Part shown: piece by piece, positions 31,918 through 43,292 of the stretch
How positions within the stretch are numbered: the first letter of the stretch is position 1
Layout: every line of letters begins with the position of its first letter
Assembly: GCA_965222225.1 (NCBI GenBank)
Contig: CBDCTK010000002.1
Coordinates: 1,888,001 to 1,952,000, forward strand
DNA length: 64,000 nt
Source of the DNA: Candidatus Poribacteria bacterium
GTDB taxonomy: Bacteria; Poribacteria; WGA-4E; JAJDTR01
Direction: 5' to 3'
Notes under the pieces: model-generated
Told to the model about the DNA's origin: nothing
The model's input: the letters and a program-made list of their open reading frames with translations, nothing else
Database searches by the model: none
Program-made: the position numbers and the translations under genes

Positions 31918-34293
31918 TCACTGGCTCTTCACATAGCTCTCCCGCGCCTCCGGCAAATCAACCAACACCCTTCCCCGCCATCCGAGAAACTCCCCGTTAA
32001 CCAACCCGCACCACAGCGGTCGCTCCTGCCCGTCCACACGCAGAAAGGCGTACTCCCCCCGAAACTCCAGCTCCGACGTACACATCTCCGCAAACCCGTC
32101 ATCCGAAATCAGCACGAAATCGGTGAACTCGCCATGCACCACGCTGAAACCCGTCGCCAACACATCCGCATCCGCTGCGACCTCCATCAAACGAATCTCC
32201 GGCGATACCTCGGCACGTGGAGGCAAAGGCAACAGCACGACATTAATGGCGGTCGGGAGCGCCCGCTTCATCAGGTAAGCCAACTCGCACGACGAGGTTT
32301 CGCCGCTCCCAAGTGTTACCTCCAGGCCGGCGGCGTCCGTTGGCGCAATCACGAGGTTCCCCGAATCCCGATCAACCGTCCGCACAATCCCGCCTTCCAA
32401 GCGCTCCGCACATCCCGGCGTTCCCCCGTCACATCCGTCGTCGGTCACCGTCGCGAGATGAAAGACCTGTTCAAGCCGATGCTCCCCCTCGCCAAGAACC
32501 AGATCATGCAGGATGAAATACTCCCCCCGTATATAGAAAATCGACCGTTTATGAACGACGTCGCGGGCCACAGCATCGTCGCCGTCATCCCCGTAACCCT
32601 CCTTGTACCAACCCTCCGCAAAATCAAACGACGGTGTGCTGATCCAACGCGAATCCGGATCCGGCACAACCTCCGCTTCACCCATCCGTCCCCGGCGCTG
32701 CCCCCTCCCGTCAATAATCAAACTATTGTGAGCGCGGCTGGATCGGAAATAACCCTCCGAGGCGGACTTCCCCATGACAGACCCCTCCGCGGCGCTCCCG
32801 ATTCCAGAATCAACAATCAGCCGTCGTCCGTACGCGTACAGCAGAAAACTCAGTTTGTCCCCGTGCGGCTGTCCTCCCTCCCCGAAATGCCCCGCGTCGA
32901 AGAGCAGATACTGCGCCTCGGGACGCCAACAATCCCGCATGACGTAGTATCCCGCATACGGAAAAGCGTACGAGGTCTCCTTCGGCGGTTCGCCGCCCCT
33001 CCCCTCCGACGCGATATACCTCAAATCCCCGCGATCGGAAATCTCGATACCGAGAGAGCACGCCTCCGCGGCACTGACCTCCGACGGATCGCAATCACCA
33101 AGCGCCGGCAAAGTGTAATCCGGCTGGCTCAAATAAACGAACGCCTTAAGGATCTTCTCCATCTGCGCCTCAAATTCCGGCGCGAACTGAACCCCGCTGA
33201 GTTTGGCGAGACGATAAAAACGGCAGAGGTGGGTGAACACATCGTGGTGAGAACGGGTTGAGCCGTCGACATGACAGCCGTCCGGGAAAAAGCGCGTATG
33301 AAGAATCCAACTGCAGCGTCTCAGAGCAAGCGTGAGCAGTTGCTCGCGATCTCTCCATTCAGGATAAACCAGCGCCGCAACCCCGATGTCGCTCGTTTCC
33401 CAAACCGCTCGACTGGCACTATTGGAGACACAAGCTCCCGTTTGAGTTGACAGTCGGCGTGCACGCTCCAAGCATGATTTGGCGGAGGCGAAACTGATTA
33501 CGGCAGGCTGCAGTTTTACCGAGCCACTACCCTCCTCCGATACACGGTACAACTCCGAGTCACCTGTACGCCGACGCAGGTACGCCTCGTACGCCGATTT
33601 CCCTCCCTCGACATTCCCGAGGGCAAGCTCGGATTTGACGTCCTCCAAACCCTCCCAATCCAGATCCAGTCGATTAAAAAATTCGGCATCCGTCAGCCGA
33701 AGACGCTCAAAATTTTCCCAGCGCAGATCCCGATTGAAGACGGCATTATACGCCTCGATAGCCTCCTCCAAAATCGGCAGATTGAGCGTAACCGCCATTT
33801 CAAACGCGGCGTCCACGAGTTCGACGAGATAAGATGGAGAAGAGCTTTCCGCCGCTTCCGCAATCCGCGCGAACCCCGCCAACCGCCACGCCGCCGCCTG
33901 CGGCATCAGACGGCATACGCCGCCCGCCAAAGCCAGCGCCGCGCCCCCTTCCAACCTGATGCGTCTCTGCGGCGAGTAGTGATAGGTATAAAGGTATTCG
34001 GAGTGCTCAGCGACAATCCTCGCCAAGACCTCCCAATCATCCCCCGACAGCCGCTCATGCGACGCGATGGCAAATGCCTCGACGAGCCTCGACGCAACCG
34101 ACTCCACCCGCCAGACAGGGTTCCGATCTCCGCTGAAGACGGGCGTAGGGTTTTCGACGGCGAAAGTGCTCAGCTCCTCATAATCCGCGACCGGCTCAAA
34201 CCTATCGATAACCGGCGTTTCACCCTGCCCTAACACCCCCGCCAGCGCACGAATCTGCTCCGATGTAATTGTCGAATAATCCGTAAGTTCCAT
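31918..34293 (-). CDS. Heparinase II/III family protein
   Basis: PDG.H, QPDYTLPALGD, FPYAGYYVMR, LLFDAG, HGDKLSF.LYAYG, AHNSLIIDG. Confidence 0.85.
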   Translation of the reverse strand: MELTDYSTITSEQIRALAGVLGQGETPVIDRFEPVADYEELSTFAVENPTPVFSGDRNPVWRVESVASRLVEAFAIASHERLSGDDWEVLARIVAEHSEYLYTYHYSPQRRIRLEGGAALALAGGVCRLMPQAAAWRLAGFARIAEAAESSSPSYLVELVDAAFEMAVTLNLPILEEAIEAYNAVFNRDLRWENFERLRLTDAEFFNRLDLDWEGLEDVKSELALGNVEGGKSAYEAYLRRRTGDSELYRVSEEGSGSVKLQPAVISFASAKSCLERARRLSTQTGACVSNSASRAVWETSDIGVAALVYPEWRDREQLLTLALRRCSWILHTRFFPDGCHVDGSTRSHHDVFTHLCRFYRLAKLSGVQFAPEFEAQMEKILKAFVYLSQPDYTLPALGDCDPSEVSAAEACSLGIEISDRGDLRYIASEGRGGEPPKETSYAFPYAGYYVMRDCWRPEAQYLLFDAGHFGEGGQPHGDKLSFLLYAYGRRLIVDSGIGSAAEGSVMGKSASEGYFRSSRAHNSLIIDGRGQRRGRMGEAEVVPDPDSRWISTPSFDFAEGWYKEGYGDDGDDAVARDVVHKRSIFYIRGEYFILHDLVLGEGEHRLEQVFHLATVTDDGCDGGTPGCAERLEGGIVRTVDRDSGNLVIAPTDAAGLEVTLGSGETSSCELAYLMKRALPTAINVVLLPLPPRAEVSPEIRLMEVAADADVLATGFSVVHGEFTDFVLISDDGFAEMCTSELEFRGEYAFLRVDGQERPLWCGLVNGEFLGWRGRVLVDLPEARESYVKSQ

Positions 34294-34713
34294 TCTATAC
34301 AATCAACCGAGTAGTAAGCACACTCCGCTGTGCCGTAACCTACACGATACGTACCGGACTCCCATGTAGGTTGGGATCAAGCGACCGAATAGCGAGGAAT
34401 CAAAGGAACGGATAGTGACTGCGATAGAGATCCACCGCCCACCAGTTTCTTTTTGCAGGGCGGAATCGGCAATCGTCAAATCGCCGATTTTCTCTCTTAC
34501 CGCCCATCAACCTCTGTAAACCTTAGCATGCAATCCACAATCATCAAATCAAGACAAAAACTTTGTGCTGCTTTTTCAAGCCCCGGAGGGGCGGAAGGTG
34601 TATAGTAACACCGAACCCCCCGTGCACCTAAGCCCCAGCGTGGAATCAAGCGACTGAATAGGGAGTGCGATAGCAAATCCCATGCGATAGAGATCCGCCA
34701 CCCACCAGCCATT

Positions 34714-34930
34714 CAAGCCGTCAGAGCGGCGACAGGCGCATAGAACACCCAACGAACGTCCTCATCAATTCGTCGATTGCCCCTCATATCCTGCATGTCT
34801 ATAAAATAACGACATGCCCAAATTCCGCGCTCTAGCAGAGCGCAATGTCGATAGCATAAATATGCCCGATGCCCCGCACTCCGGAGGAGTGCAATGTCTT
34901 AAAACCCCGAGCGTGAAATCAAATACAATC
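34714..34930 (+). repeat. ~215-bp intergenic direct repeat, copy 1 (copy 2 at about 40820-41036)
   Basis: TCAAGCCGTCAGAGCGGCGACA...GCGCTCTAGCAGAGCGC...GCACTCCGGAGGAGTGC...AAATCAAATACAA is near-identical at both sites. Confidence 0.9.
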
Positions 34931-35127
34931 AAGCGAGTGGACAATGAGCGATCAAGTGAGCGAATAGCGAATGCGATAGAGATCTTTTCCCGATCGTTAC
35001 GAAACTTGGTGGGCGGGCATCAAGCGAACGAATAGTCCGTAGGTTGGGTTGGGCACAGCGAAACCCAACCTACGGACTATTTGTCAACCCAAAGAACTTA
35101 GGCTTACCTCAAAGACTCCCTTCCACC

Positions 35128-35358
35128 CTTCCCACTCGCGGCCGCTTTTACTGACCACTAGTCACTGTCTTCCCGCGCCGTCCCTCGAAACCTCATAGCC
35201 AACACACCAAAGCAATCGAATTAAACAAAAGCAACGTCGAAATAGCATTAATCTCCGGCGTAATCCCGAACTTCAGTTTCGAATAAATATGCACCGGCAA
35301 CGTAGTATAGCCCACCCCCGCCGTGAAGAACGAGATGACGAAATCATCAATCGACAAC
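35128..35358 (-). pseudogene. Duplicated 3' end of potC
   Basis: Near-identical to about 35449-35686; ends exactly at the hairpin element at 35359. Confidence 0.9.
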
Positions 35359-35490
35359 GATCAACCGACCGAATAGCGAGGGATCAAAGGAACGGATAGT
35401 GACTGCGATAGAAATCCCAGAGAGCACAGCGTAACCCAACTAAACCATCCTTCCTACTCACGGCTGCTTTTACTGACCACTAGCCACTGG

Positions 35491-36261
35491 TCACTGCCTT
35501 TCCGCCGTCCCTCGAAACCTCACAGCCAACACCACCAAAGCAATCGAATTAAACAAAAGCAACGTCGAAATAGCATTAATCTCCGGCGTAATCCCGAACT
35601 TCAATTTCGAGTAAATATGCACCGGCAACGTAGTATAGCCCACCCCCGCCGTGAAGAACGAGATGACGAAATCATCAATCGACAACGTAAACGCCAACAA
35701 AGCCCCGCCGACCACCCCCGGCGCAATCAGCGGCAAAGTGATTGCCCAAAACGTCCTCCACTCGTTGGCGCCCAAGTCCAACGCCGCCTCCTCCATAGAC
35801 CAATCAAACCCCTGCAACCTCGCCCGAACGATGATAGTGACATACGAGATATTGAACGCCACATGCGCAATGATAATCGAGACGATCCCCAGCGGAATGT
35901 GCGCTTGAGCGTAGAACATGAGCAGCGCGATCCCCATGACAATATCCGGAATGATAATCGGCAGAAAAATGACCCGCGTGAAGACACCCCGCAGCGGAAA
36001 TCGGTAACGTTCGATGCCGAGCGCCGCCATGGTACCGATGACCGTTGCGATGATGGTCGAGAACCCCGCCACGATTAAGCTATTCAGACACGCGCGCCAC
36101 AAATCCCGGTTCCCGAGCAGTTTGGCATACCAATCAAGCGTAAACCCCCGCCAAACCGCGGAATGCTCCGAAGCGTTGAACGAAAACACCACCAGCGCGA
36201 TAACCGGCGCATACAGAAATAGCAACACAAAGAACACATTCAGTTGCAATAATCGCTTCAT
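35491..36261 (-). CDS. potC: Spermidine/putrescine ABC transporter permease PotC
   Basis: FLYAP....FSFN, EEAALDLGA, LSIDDFVIS, TTLP..IYS, PEINAIST. Confidence 0.9.
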   Translation of the reverse strand: MKRLLQLNVFFVLLFLYAPVIALVVFSFNASEHSAVWRGFTLDWYAKLLGNRDLWRACLNSLIVAGFSTIIATVIGTMAALGIERYRFPLRGVFTRVIFLPIIIPDIVMGIALLMFYAQAHIPLGIVSIIIAHVAFNISYVTIIVRARLQGFDWSMEEAALDLGANEWRTFWAITLPLIAPGVVGGALLAFTLSIDDFVISFFTAGVGYTTLPVHIYSKLKFGITPEINAISTLLLFNSIALVVLAVRFRGTAERQ

Positions 36262-36376
36262 AACACGCTACACCTAATCCGTAATGCGTGAAACGCAATC
36301 AAGCAACCCTGTAGGGCGCAATCTTCGCTCATCAACTCGCCGATTCCCCCTCTCACCACTGCCCACTAGCCACTGG

Positions 36377-37261
36377 TCACTGACCACTGCTTCTCTCCCC
36401 CTGCAACGACCGAAAATAAATCACCGTCCCAACCAACACCACCCCCATGAGCAGAAACGAAAGCGCCGAACCGAACGGCCAATCCCGCGCCGTCTTGAAC
36501 TGACGCGCAATCACATTGCCGATATAATTCACCTTCCCGCCGCCAAGCAAATCCGGCGTAATGAATGCGCCGACCGCCGGGATGAACACCAGCACCGATC
36601 CGGCGACAACGCCCGGAATGCTCAACGGCAACGTCACATTCAGAAACGCTCGCCACGGTTTCGCGCCCAGATCCTTTGCCGCGTCAATCAGTGCGCCGTC
36701 AATTTGCTCCAGAGACGCATACAGCGGCAAAATCATGAATGGCAGATACCCGTAGATGAGACCGATATGCACCGCAACCGGCGTATAGAGCAATTCCGGC
36801 GGCGTGATGTCGGGGAAGAGTGCAACCAGGAGCTTGTTCAAGACTCCCTCCGCCCGCAAAATCACAATCCACGCATACGTGCGAATCAAGAAATTTGACC
36901 AGAAGGGGAGCACCACAAGCAGCAGCAGGACGTTGCGCCAACGATACTGATACCGCGCAACGTAGTAAGCGAAGGGATAGCCCAGGAACAGGCAGATAAC
37001 CGTTGAAACCGCAGCCGTCAGGATCGAACGCCAAAGGATGCCCAGATAGAGCGAATCCAGCAGCCGACGGTAATTTCCTAGCGTAAGCGTCCAGTCAACG
37101 CCGCCGTATGTGCCGCGCTCGGCAAAACTGTAGATGAAAATCGACGCGATAGGGACGAGAAAAAAGAAGATGAGCCAAAACAGGGCGGGAAAAAGAAGGA
37201 TGAGAACGCGGCTATCGGAATGGTCACGGATGAATCGACTGAATCGATACCATGCTTTCAC
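36377..37261 (-). CDS. potB: Spermidine/putrescine ABC transporter permease PotB
   Basis: LPFWSNFLIRTYAW, YLPFMILPLY, DAAKDLGA, PDLLGG, DWPFGSA; probable GTG start at 37261. Confidence 0.9.
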   Translation of the reverse strand: MKAWYRFSRFIRDHSDSRVLILLFPALFWLIFFFLVPIASIFIYSFAERGTYGGVDWTLTLGNYRRLLDSLYLGILWRSILTAAVSTVICLFLGYPFAYYVARYQYRWRNVLLLLVVLPFWSNFLIRTYAWIVILRAEGVLNKLLVALFPDITPPELLYTPVAVHIGLIYGYLPFMILPLYASLEQIDGALIDAAKDLGAKPWRAFLNVTLPLSIPGVVAGSVLVFIPAVGAFITPDLLGGGKVNYIGNVIARQFKTARDWPFGSALSFLLMGVVLVGTVIYFRSLQGERSSGQ

Positions 37262-37447
37262 GGCGATCAAGGGAACGGATAGTGACCGATCAACTGAGTG
37301 GTCAACGAAGGCGATAGTAAATCTCAATAGCAAATCCCGTGCGATAGAGATCCTTTATAGCCATTACAACTAAGAATTTTACATTTCTGTAGGAGCGATC
37401 CCCGAATCGCGACCTCCCGTCACGACCAAAACTCCCTCTTACAGCCC

Positions 37448-37549
37448 GTAGGTTGGGTTGAACGGAACACCCTGAAAAATCGAGACTATAGAATTACATC
37501 TAGAATATCCGTTTTACTTGATGTCTCGAAAATCCTAGTGAAACCCAAC
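37448..37549 (+). repeat. Long-loop GTAG REP-like element (others at 38057-38158, 39016-39115, 46234-46337)
   Basis: GTAGGTTGGGTTGA(A/G)CG-[71-75 nt]-G(T/C)GAAACCCAAC. Confidence 0.85.
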
Positions 37550-37773
37550 ACTATCCGCTGCTGCCGCCGTAGAGATCCCTCAACCGAATGGATAATGAGC
37601 GATCAACTGAACGCATAGTGAAGGCGATAGAAGATCCTGATAGCGTTCCCATAGAAATCCCCTCCGAATCGCGACCTCCCGTCACGACCGAAACTCCCTC
37701 TTACACTCGGTTTGTCGCAACAACCTTCAACCATCAACTCGCCCATCTCCATTGTTTTGCCAACCCCGCTCCG

Positions 37774-38019
37774 CTATTCGTCAAGAGCGTCGGCGACCTC
37801 CTCCGGCAGCGTCACCGTACTCGGATCAACATCAATCGGGAACTCCGTGCCATAAGCTTTAACCAAGTCGCCGAACGACGTATCATCAACCCGTTCAAGC
37901 TCCTGACCGGCGCGGCTGAGAACGACAACCTGACAGCTATCGCAACTCATCAAGTCCACATCCGATTGCTCAACCGGAAACTGCGTCAAAGGATTATTAC
38001 AATCCGGGCAAGGTAACAT
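37774..38019 (-). CDS. Small zinc-ribbon protein
   Basis: CPDC...CDSC, acidic tail, GGAAGGA upstream. Confidence 0.65.
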   Translation of the reverse strand: MLPCPDCNNPLTQFPVEQSDVDLMSCDSCQVVVLSRAGQELERVDDTSFGDLVKAYGTEFPIDVDPSTVTLPEEVADALDE

Positions 38020-38440
38020 ATCACGTATCCTTCCAAAACAATCTATATTTTAGTCCGTAGGTTGGGTTGAACGCAAACCGTCGAAAAAGCCGAAAAATCG
38101 AATTGCATGTGCGCCTCTCATTTTGCTTGGTATCACCACAATTCGAGTGAAACCCAACACATTGTGGGATTTGCAATTTGCCGGGTATTGCGTTTATTTA
38201 TTGATTCCACTCGGCTTGGATATGTCTATCCAAGCCGTATTTGCGCGTGTGCAGTGGCTGGCTCCATTTGACTCACATTTTCCCGGTTTGCAACGTTCGC
38301 GATAAGTGGCAACTTTAGCTAATTATACCATTTCGATTGAATAACAGTGCATATGAAGTTTTAATCATATCATTCTCTTGCCCCGCATCCGTAAGATTTG
38401 ATTAACGCTATTAATGCACTCAAAATATAGAGAAACGGTA

Positions 38441-38870
38441 TTAGTATACCTGCCCCCGTGGAAGTATGCTTAAAATGGTACACATCTGTTTGGTTTTGTC
38501 GACGTGATAAACCATTCTATAATGGCCAATTCTATATCTTTATTCGTTTTCCCTGTTTGTAAGTTTCTTGATATTAGGACCTCGGTATGGGTTATTTTCT
38601 ATATGTGAGACAGCAGTTTTAACTCGAATCTTCATGTTGTTATCCAACTTAAGTTCTGAAATATTCCTCAGCATCTTTGGTAAATCGCGAGTCAAACACC
38701 TTTGAATACGTCCTTGCTAGGGATGCACTCATCGTTTTCCATCTGTTTTCTTGCCCGATTCAAACTCGCAACAATATCAGGGTCATTATATAAATCCGAA
38801 TCTTCATCCACATAACCAGAAGATTGAGCTATGCTTTCAAACAACGGTTTAAGTTGCCTTTTTTCGATCT
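38441..38870 (-). pseudogene. Degenerate RelE/ParE toxin (38441-38699) with upstream antitoxin remnant (38692-~38870)
   Basis: Manual translation VFDSRFTKDAEEYF/KLDNNMKIRVKTAVSHIENNPYRGPNIKKLTNRENE*RYRIGHYRMVYHVDKTKQMCTILSILPRGQVY (one frameshift, one stop); overlapping acidic upstream ORF. Confidence 0.75.
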
Positions 38871-39196
38871 TTCTTCATTGGTTCACTATATATGGTGCTT
38901 TGGTATATAAACCCTTATTTTAGTCCGTAGGTTGGGATCAACCGACCGGATAGGGAGGGCGATAGAGATCCCTTTTTCCCTGAAAACTCGGTTTCTTCCC
39001 TGCAAAATCCAGTCCGTAGGTTGGGTTGAGCGGATATCCAAAAGAAATCGCGTCCAAAAAAAACTTCCGATGTTTCATGCTACCCGAAAACGCCGAAATT
39101 CTAGCGAAACCCAACACTTTACGCCTGTAGGATCTCTCTCCCAACCGCGCCCCTACTGCCGCACAAATCCCATGTTAACAAACCTCCGGGGACACC

Positions 39197-40402
39197 TCAA
39201 TCCGCCGCCGTCGCCACCTGAACCGCCGGCGCATCGACCCAATACTCATCATACCATACGTCATAATCGTCATACAACTCCGTCACCTCCGGCTTGTCCC
39301 CGCAAACCGGACAATTCGCATCCCGGCTGAGTTTCAACTCGCGAAATTGCATGCGCAGCGCATCATACAACACCAGCCGACCAATGAGAGGAATTCCGAT
39401 ACCCACCAATAACTTAATCGCCTCCGTTGCCATCATCACACCCACCACGCCCGGGAGCACGCCCAAGACACCCGCCTCGCTTCAGCTTGGAACCATGCCC
39501 GGAGGAGGAGGCGCCGAGTACAAGCAGCGATAGCATGGCCCCTCGTGAGCCTTGAGCACCGTCACCTGCCCCTCGAACTCCGAGATGCTGCCATGCACCA
39601 CCGTTTTGTTAGTCAATACCGCGGCATCGTTGACAAGATAGCGCGTCGGGAAATTGTCGCAGCCATCAACGATTAAGTCATATCCCTCAAAAATCTCAAG
39701 CGCATTCTCCGACTTCAAGCGCGTCTGATGAGGCACCACCTTGACATCCGGATTCAACGACTTGATTGTCGTTGTCGCCGATTGCACCTTCGGCGTGCCA
39801 ATCGCCTCCGTGCGATGCGCAATCTGTCGTTGCAAATTACTGATTTCGACAAGATCCGAGTCCAGCACACCGAGCGTCCCGACCCCAGCCGCCGCCAAGT
39901 ACACCGCCGCGGGCGACCCCAGTCCACCGGCGCCGAGCAGCAACACCTTCGATTCAAGTAGCTTCGCCTGCCCCGTCTCACCGATTTGACGCAGCATGAA
40001 GTGACGGCTATACCGATCCAACTGCTCGTGCGTCAACGATTTGTCCTGCGTCGTCGGATAGCCCGCCGTCAACCAACCCCTATATCCGCCCGCCATTGAG
40101 ATCGTGTCCGTGTAACCCATATCCTTCAGGGACTTCGCGGCGAGCAGAGAGCGTACTCCGCCTGCGCAATAAAGAATAATCTTCTGATCCGCGTCAGTCA
40201 CATAATCGTCAATCGAAAGCTCAAGCATACCTCGCGTCACATGAACCGCGCCCGGAATATACCCCGCCCGACGCTCATCGTCATCTCGAACATCAAGCAG
40301 CACAAAATCCCCGCCCCGATCCTGCTCGGCTTTCACCTCGCCAACCGACGCCTCCGGAATCTCCCTTCTCACCTCTTCAATAATCTCTGCGGACGACTTC
40401 AT
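39197..40402 (-). CDS. moeB: Rhodanese-MoeB/ThiF fusion (MoeZ-like) with in-frame TGA at the conserved Cys; probable selenoprotein
   Basis: RYSRH, GAGGLGSP, SNLQRQ, DGCDNFPTRY, CYRC, PPPGMVPS-TGA-SEAGVLGVLPG, CPVCG; both track ORFs are in one frame. Confidence 0.88.
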
Positions 40403-40498
40403 AAAATTCACCCCCCTCAAAACGTATGGCTCCACCCGAGATCTCGGTTACAAATCCGTCCTCGAACGCCGTTTGACACCGTCTTTCCAACCAAAGCC

Positions 40499-40527
40499 AT
40501 TATATCACACCCCCACAAACCTGTCAA
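40499..40527 (-). promoter_or_regulatory. Consensus sigma70 promoter for moeB
   Basis: TTGACA-17 nt-TATAAT with TGn extended -10 on the - strand, about 100 nt upstream of ATG 40402. Confidence 0.75.
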
Positions 40528-41353
40528 AACTAAAATCATCTCCCATAGCTTGTAGGGTGGGCACCGCCCACCATTTCCTGTAGTTTGTAGGGTGCGCACT
40601 GCGATTAAGCGAATGAATAATGAGCGCGATAGAAATCCTACCAGCATCTAAAGCCCCAGAGTGGGATCAAGGAAGCGAATAGCGACTGCGATAGGGATCC
40701 CACAGGTAGTAGCAGCCAACAATGAAAAAACTTCCGGCAAATGACTAAAAATGGCTGTGCCACCTATTATTCAACCAGGCTTTAAGGAGGGCGATAGAGA
40801 TCCACCGCCCACCAGCCTTTCAAGCCGTCAGAGCGGCGACAGTCGTATAGAACACCCATCGAACGTCCTCATCAATTCGTCGATTGTCCTTCTTATCCTG
40901 CATGTCTATAAAATAACGACATACCCAAATTCCGCGCTCTAGCAGAGCGCAATGTCGATAGCATAAATATGCCCGATGCCCCGCACTCCGGAGGAGTGCA
41001 ATGTCTTAAAACCCCCAGCGTGAAATCAAATACAAACAAACGAGCGAATAGCGGTCAACCGACTGATTAGCGAGGGATCAAGGAAATGGATAATGACCGC
41101 GATAGCAAATCCCGATAGAAATCCCGCGCGTTGGAGATTATCTCCAGCTTGCGACGAAACCGAGTTTTTTCCTCAAAACTCGGTTTCTGCCGCTCTTCCA
41201 TCCTTCCACTCTCGCCACTAACCACTAGCCACCGCTTTCCCCGTTTTCCCCTTCCCATTTCCTCCCCCGTGTGCTAAGATGAAAACCCATCTTCCAGTAG
41301 CCTGTACAACCCCTTCAGTTCCGTTACCCCCAATGATTAGACGGAGAGAATCA

Positions 41354-43292
41354 ATGAACTTCCGACAGAAACTCACACTCAATTTCTTGCTCTATATCGC
41401 GCTGTCCAGCGCCGCATTCGCGCAAGCCGTCGACATCCCCGACCCCAATCTCCGCGCCGCCATCGCGGCCGAGTTGAATATTGCCCGCGACGCTCCCATC
41501 ACCAAAGAACATATGCTCCGACTAGAAGACCTATCGGCCGCGAGTCAAGGTATAACCGACCTCACCGGTTTGGAATACGCAGCAGATCTGCAAAGTCTCA
41601 ACTTATGGGGAAACTCTTTTGACGACCTTACGCCGATTGCCCATCTTCCGCAGTTAAGCTATCTTAATATCGCCGGCTGCTCGATTATCGATATAACTGC
41701 CCTATCAAACTTAATCAACTTAACCGTTCTAAATGTTCGATACAATTTCATAGTTGATATCAGCCCGCTCACACACCTCACAAACCTTGTCGAGTTACGG
41801 CTAAACGACAACAAAATTACCGATATTAGCCCTTTGGATGGGTTGACTAAACTTCAATTCTTGGAAATCCAACACAACCAAATAACCGACCACAGCCCGC
41901 TAGACACACTCGCGCTTTCTCATTTTATCTACGACCAAACATGTGAAATGCCGCCTCTGCCGCTTGAGCCCCGACTGGAAAATCGAAACTACCCGTCGAT
42001 ATTTGCTCGCTGGAGCGGATTCGGTGGCACTCCTGTTACTAATCGTCCCAATCTATCGGAGGCAGAAAATCTTGCGCTTCACGACCTTCGTTTTGCTGTC
42101 CATCCGTTTGGATTAAAATTCCTCAATGTGCGCGACGGATTTAAGATGACGGGCGATGTTGACCGCGCAATAAGTCTGCGCGACGAAGTGCTTGCTGCTA
42201 ATCCGAATATCATCACTCTTGTAGATGTTCGGCTGAGAGGTGAGGGTTTGCACATACTGGGGGAGGACTGCCATATTGGATAAGAGACGAGCATGGAAAC
42301 ATCTTCCGAGAAAATACAAACGGAATCATAGCGGATTACGGCTTAATCGATTTCACAAACCCCGCCGTTCAAGATATCATCGTCCAACAAGCTGTTGCCG
42401 TATCGAAGTGCGGTTTGTATGACGGGATTGTTTTTGATTACTGGTCAGAGCAATGGCGCGTGCTTGGTGGTTGGGATGGCACGCGCCATCGCTCTTTTCG
42501 CACTTTGGAAGAAGAATTGCGTGCTCGAGAAACGATTGTACAACGCATCCGGGCGGAGACGCGTCCGGATTTTCTGATTATGGGCAATACGAATTACTTC
42601 ATAATTCCTAATACCGGATATATGTAAACGGTGGCTTTATGGAAACCGGCATTCCAGAAAACCGCACGGGCGTCGATTTGGAACGTGTCATCAATGCGAC
42701 TGAAAATGCATTGACATGGCTCGAAAACAACTTGCGAGAACCGCGAATAAACGCGCTCGAAGGTTTTAGCATTCCAGGAGAAGCCCTAGACAGCCCGAAC
42801 AATCGGCGCTGGGCGCGCGCTTTAACAACTCTAAGCTTAACTCACTCGGACGGCTACGTGCTGTACAGCGAAAGTGGGGTATTCTCACACCACTAGTATG
42901 ACTTTTGGGATGCGGATTTAGGGCGTCCAGTGGGGGAGAAGGCACAGGTGTATGAGGGGAGAGAAGGCCTTTACATCCGCGAGTTTACGAATGGTTGGGC
43001 AGTGTACAACCACAGCGGAGCCCCCCAGGTCATCACGTTGCCCGAAGAGGTGCAGGGCGTCGCCAGCGAGCGGTTGGGTGAACACGCAGCACGCGCTGCC
43101 GAATATCGACGGGGAGATGTATCTGCGAGTGAAACCGAAGAATCCCGCCGATGTCAACCGCGACGGCGTGGTAAATATCCTGGACCTGACATTGGTCGCC
43201 CAAGCCTTTGGCACCGACAAGCCCCAAGGCGACGTGAATGGGGATGGGGTCGTCAGTGTGTTCGATCTCGTGTTCGTAGCCAACGAATCTAA
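41354..43292 (+). pseudogene. Secreted LRR + putative TIM-barrel/glycosidase-like + dockerin-like protein, broken by frameshifts and a stop
   Basis: Signal peptide and LRRs, then fragments in shifting frames (YDGIVFDYW, REFTNGWAVYN, DVNRDGVVNILDL); breaks near 42270, 42615, 42894 and 43070. Confidence 0.8.

Noticed and set aside
32134-33261. Long + strand ORFs (also 57199-58224, 59520-60422, 61366-62628)
   Set aside because: Antisense shadows of well-supported - strand genes; Arg/Pro/His-rich with no recognisable motifs
37588-39330. ORFs 37588-38016 and 38932-39330 and similar short intergenic ORFs
   Set aside because: They are translations of repeat DNA (recurrent SIA..IRS.D and ERIV.AIE peptides), not independent genes
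39197-40435. moeB as two genes or a pseudogene
   Set aside because: Both parts are in one frame and the only interruption is TGA at the conserved Cys; Sec recoding is the simpler reading, pending a check for sel genes
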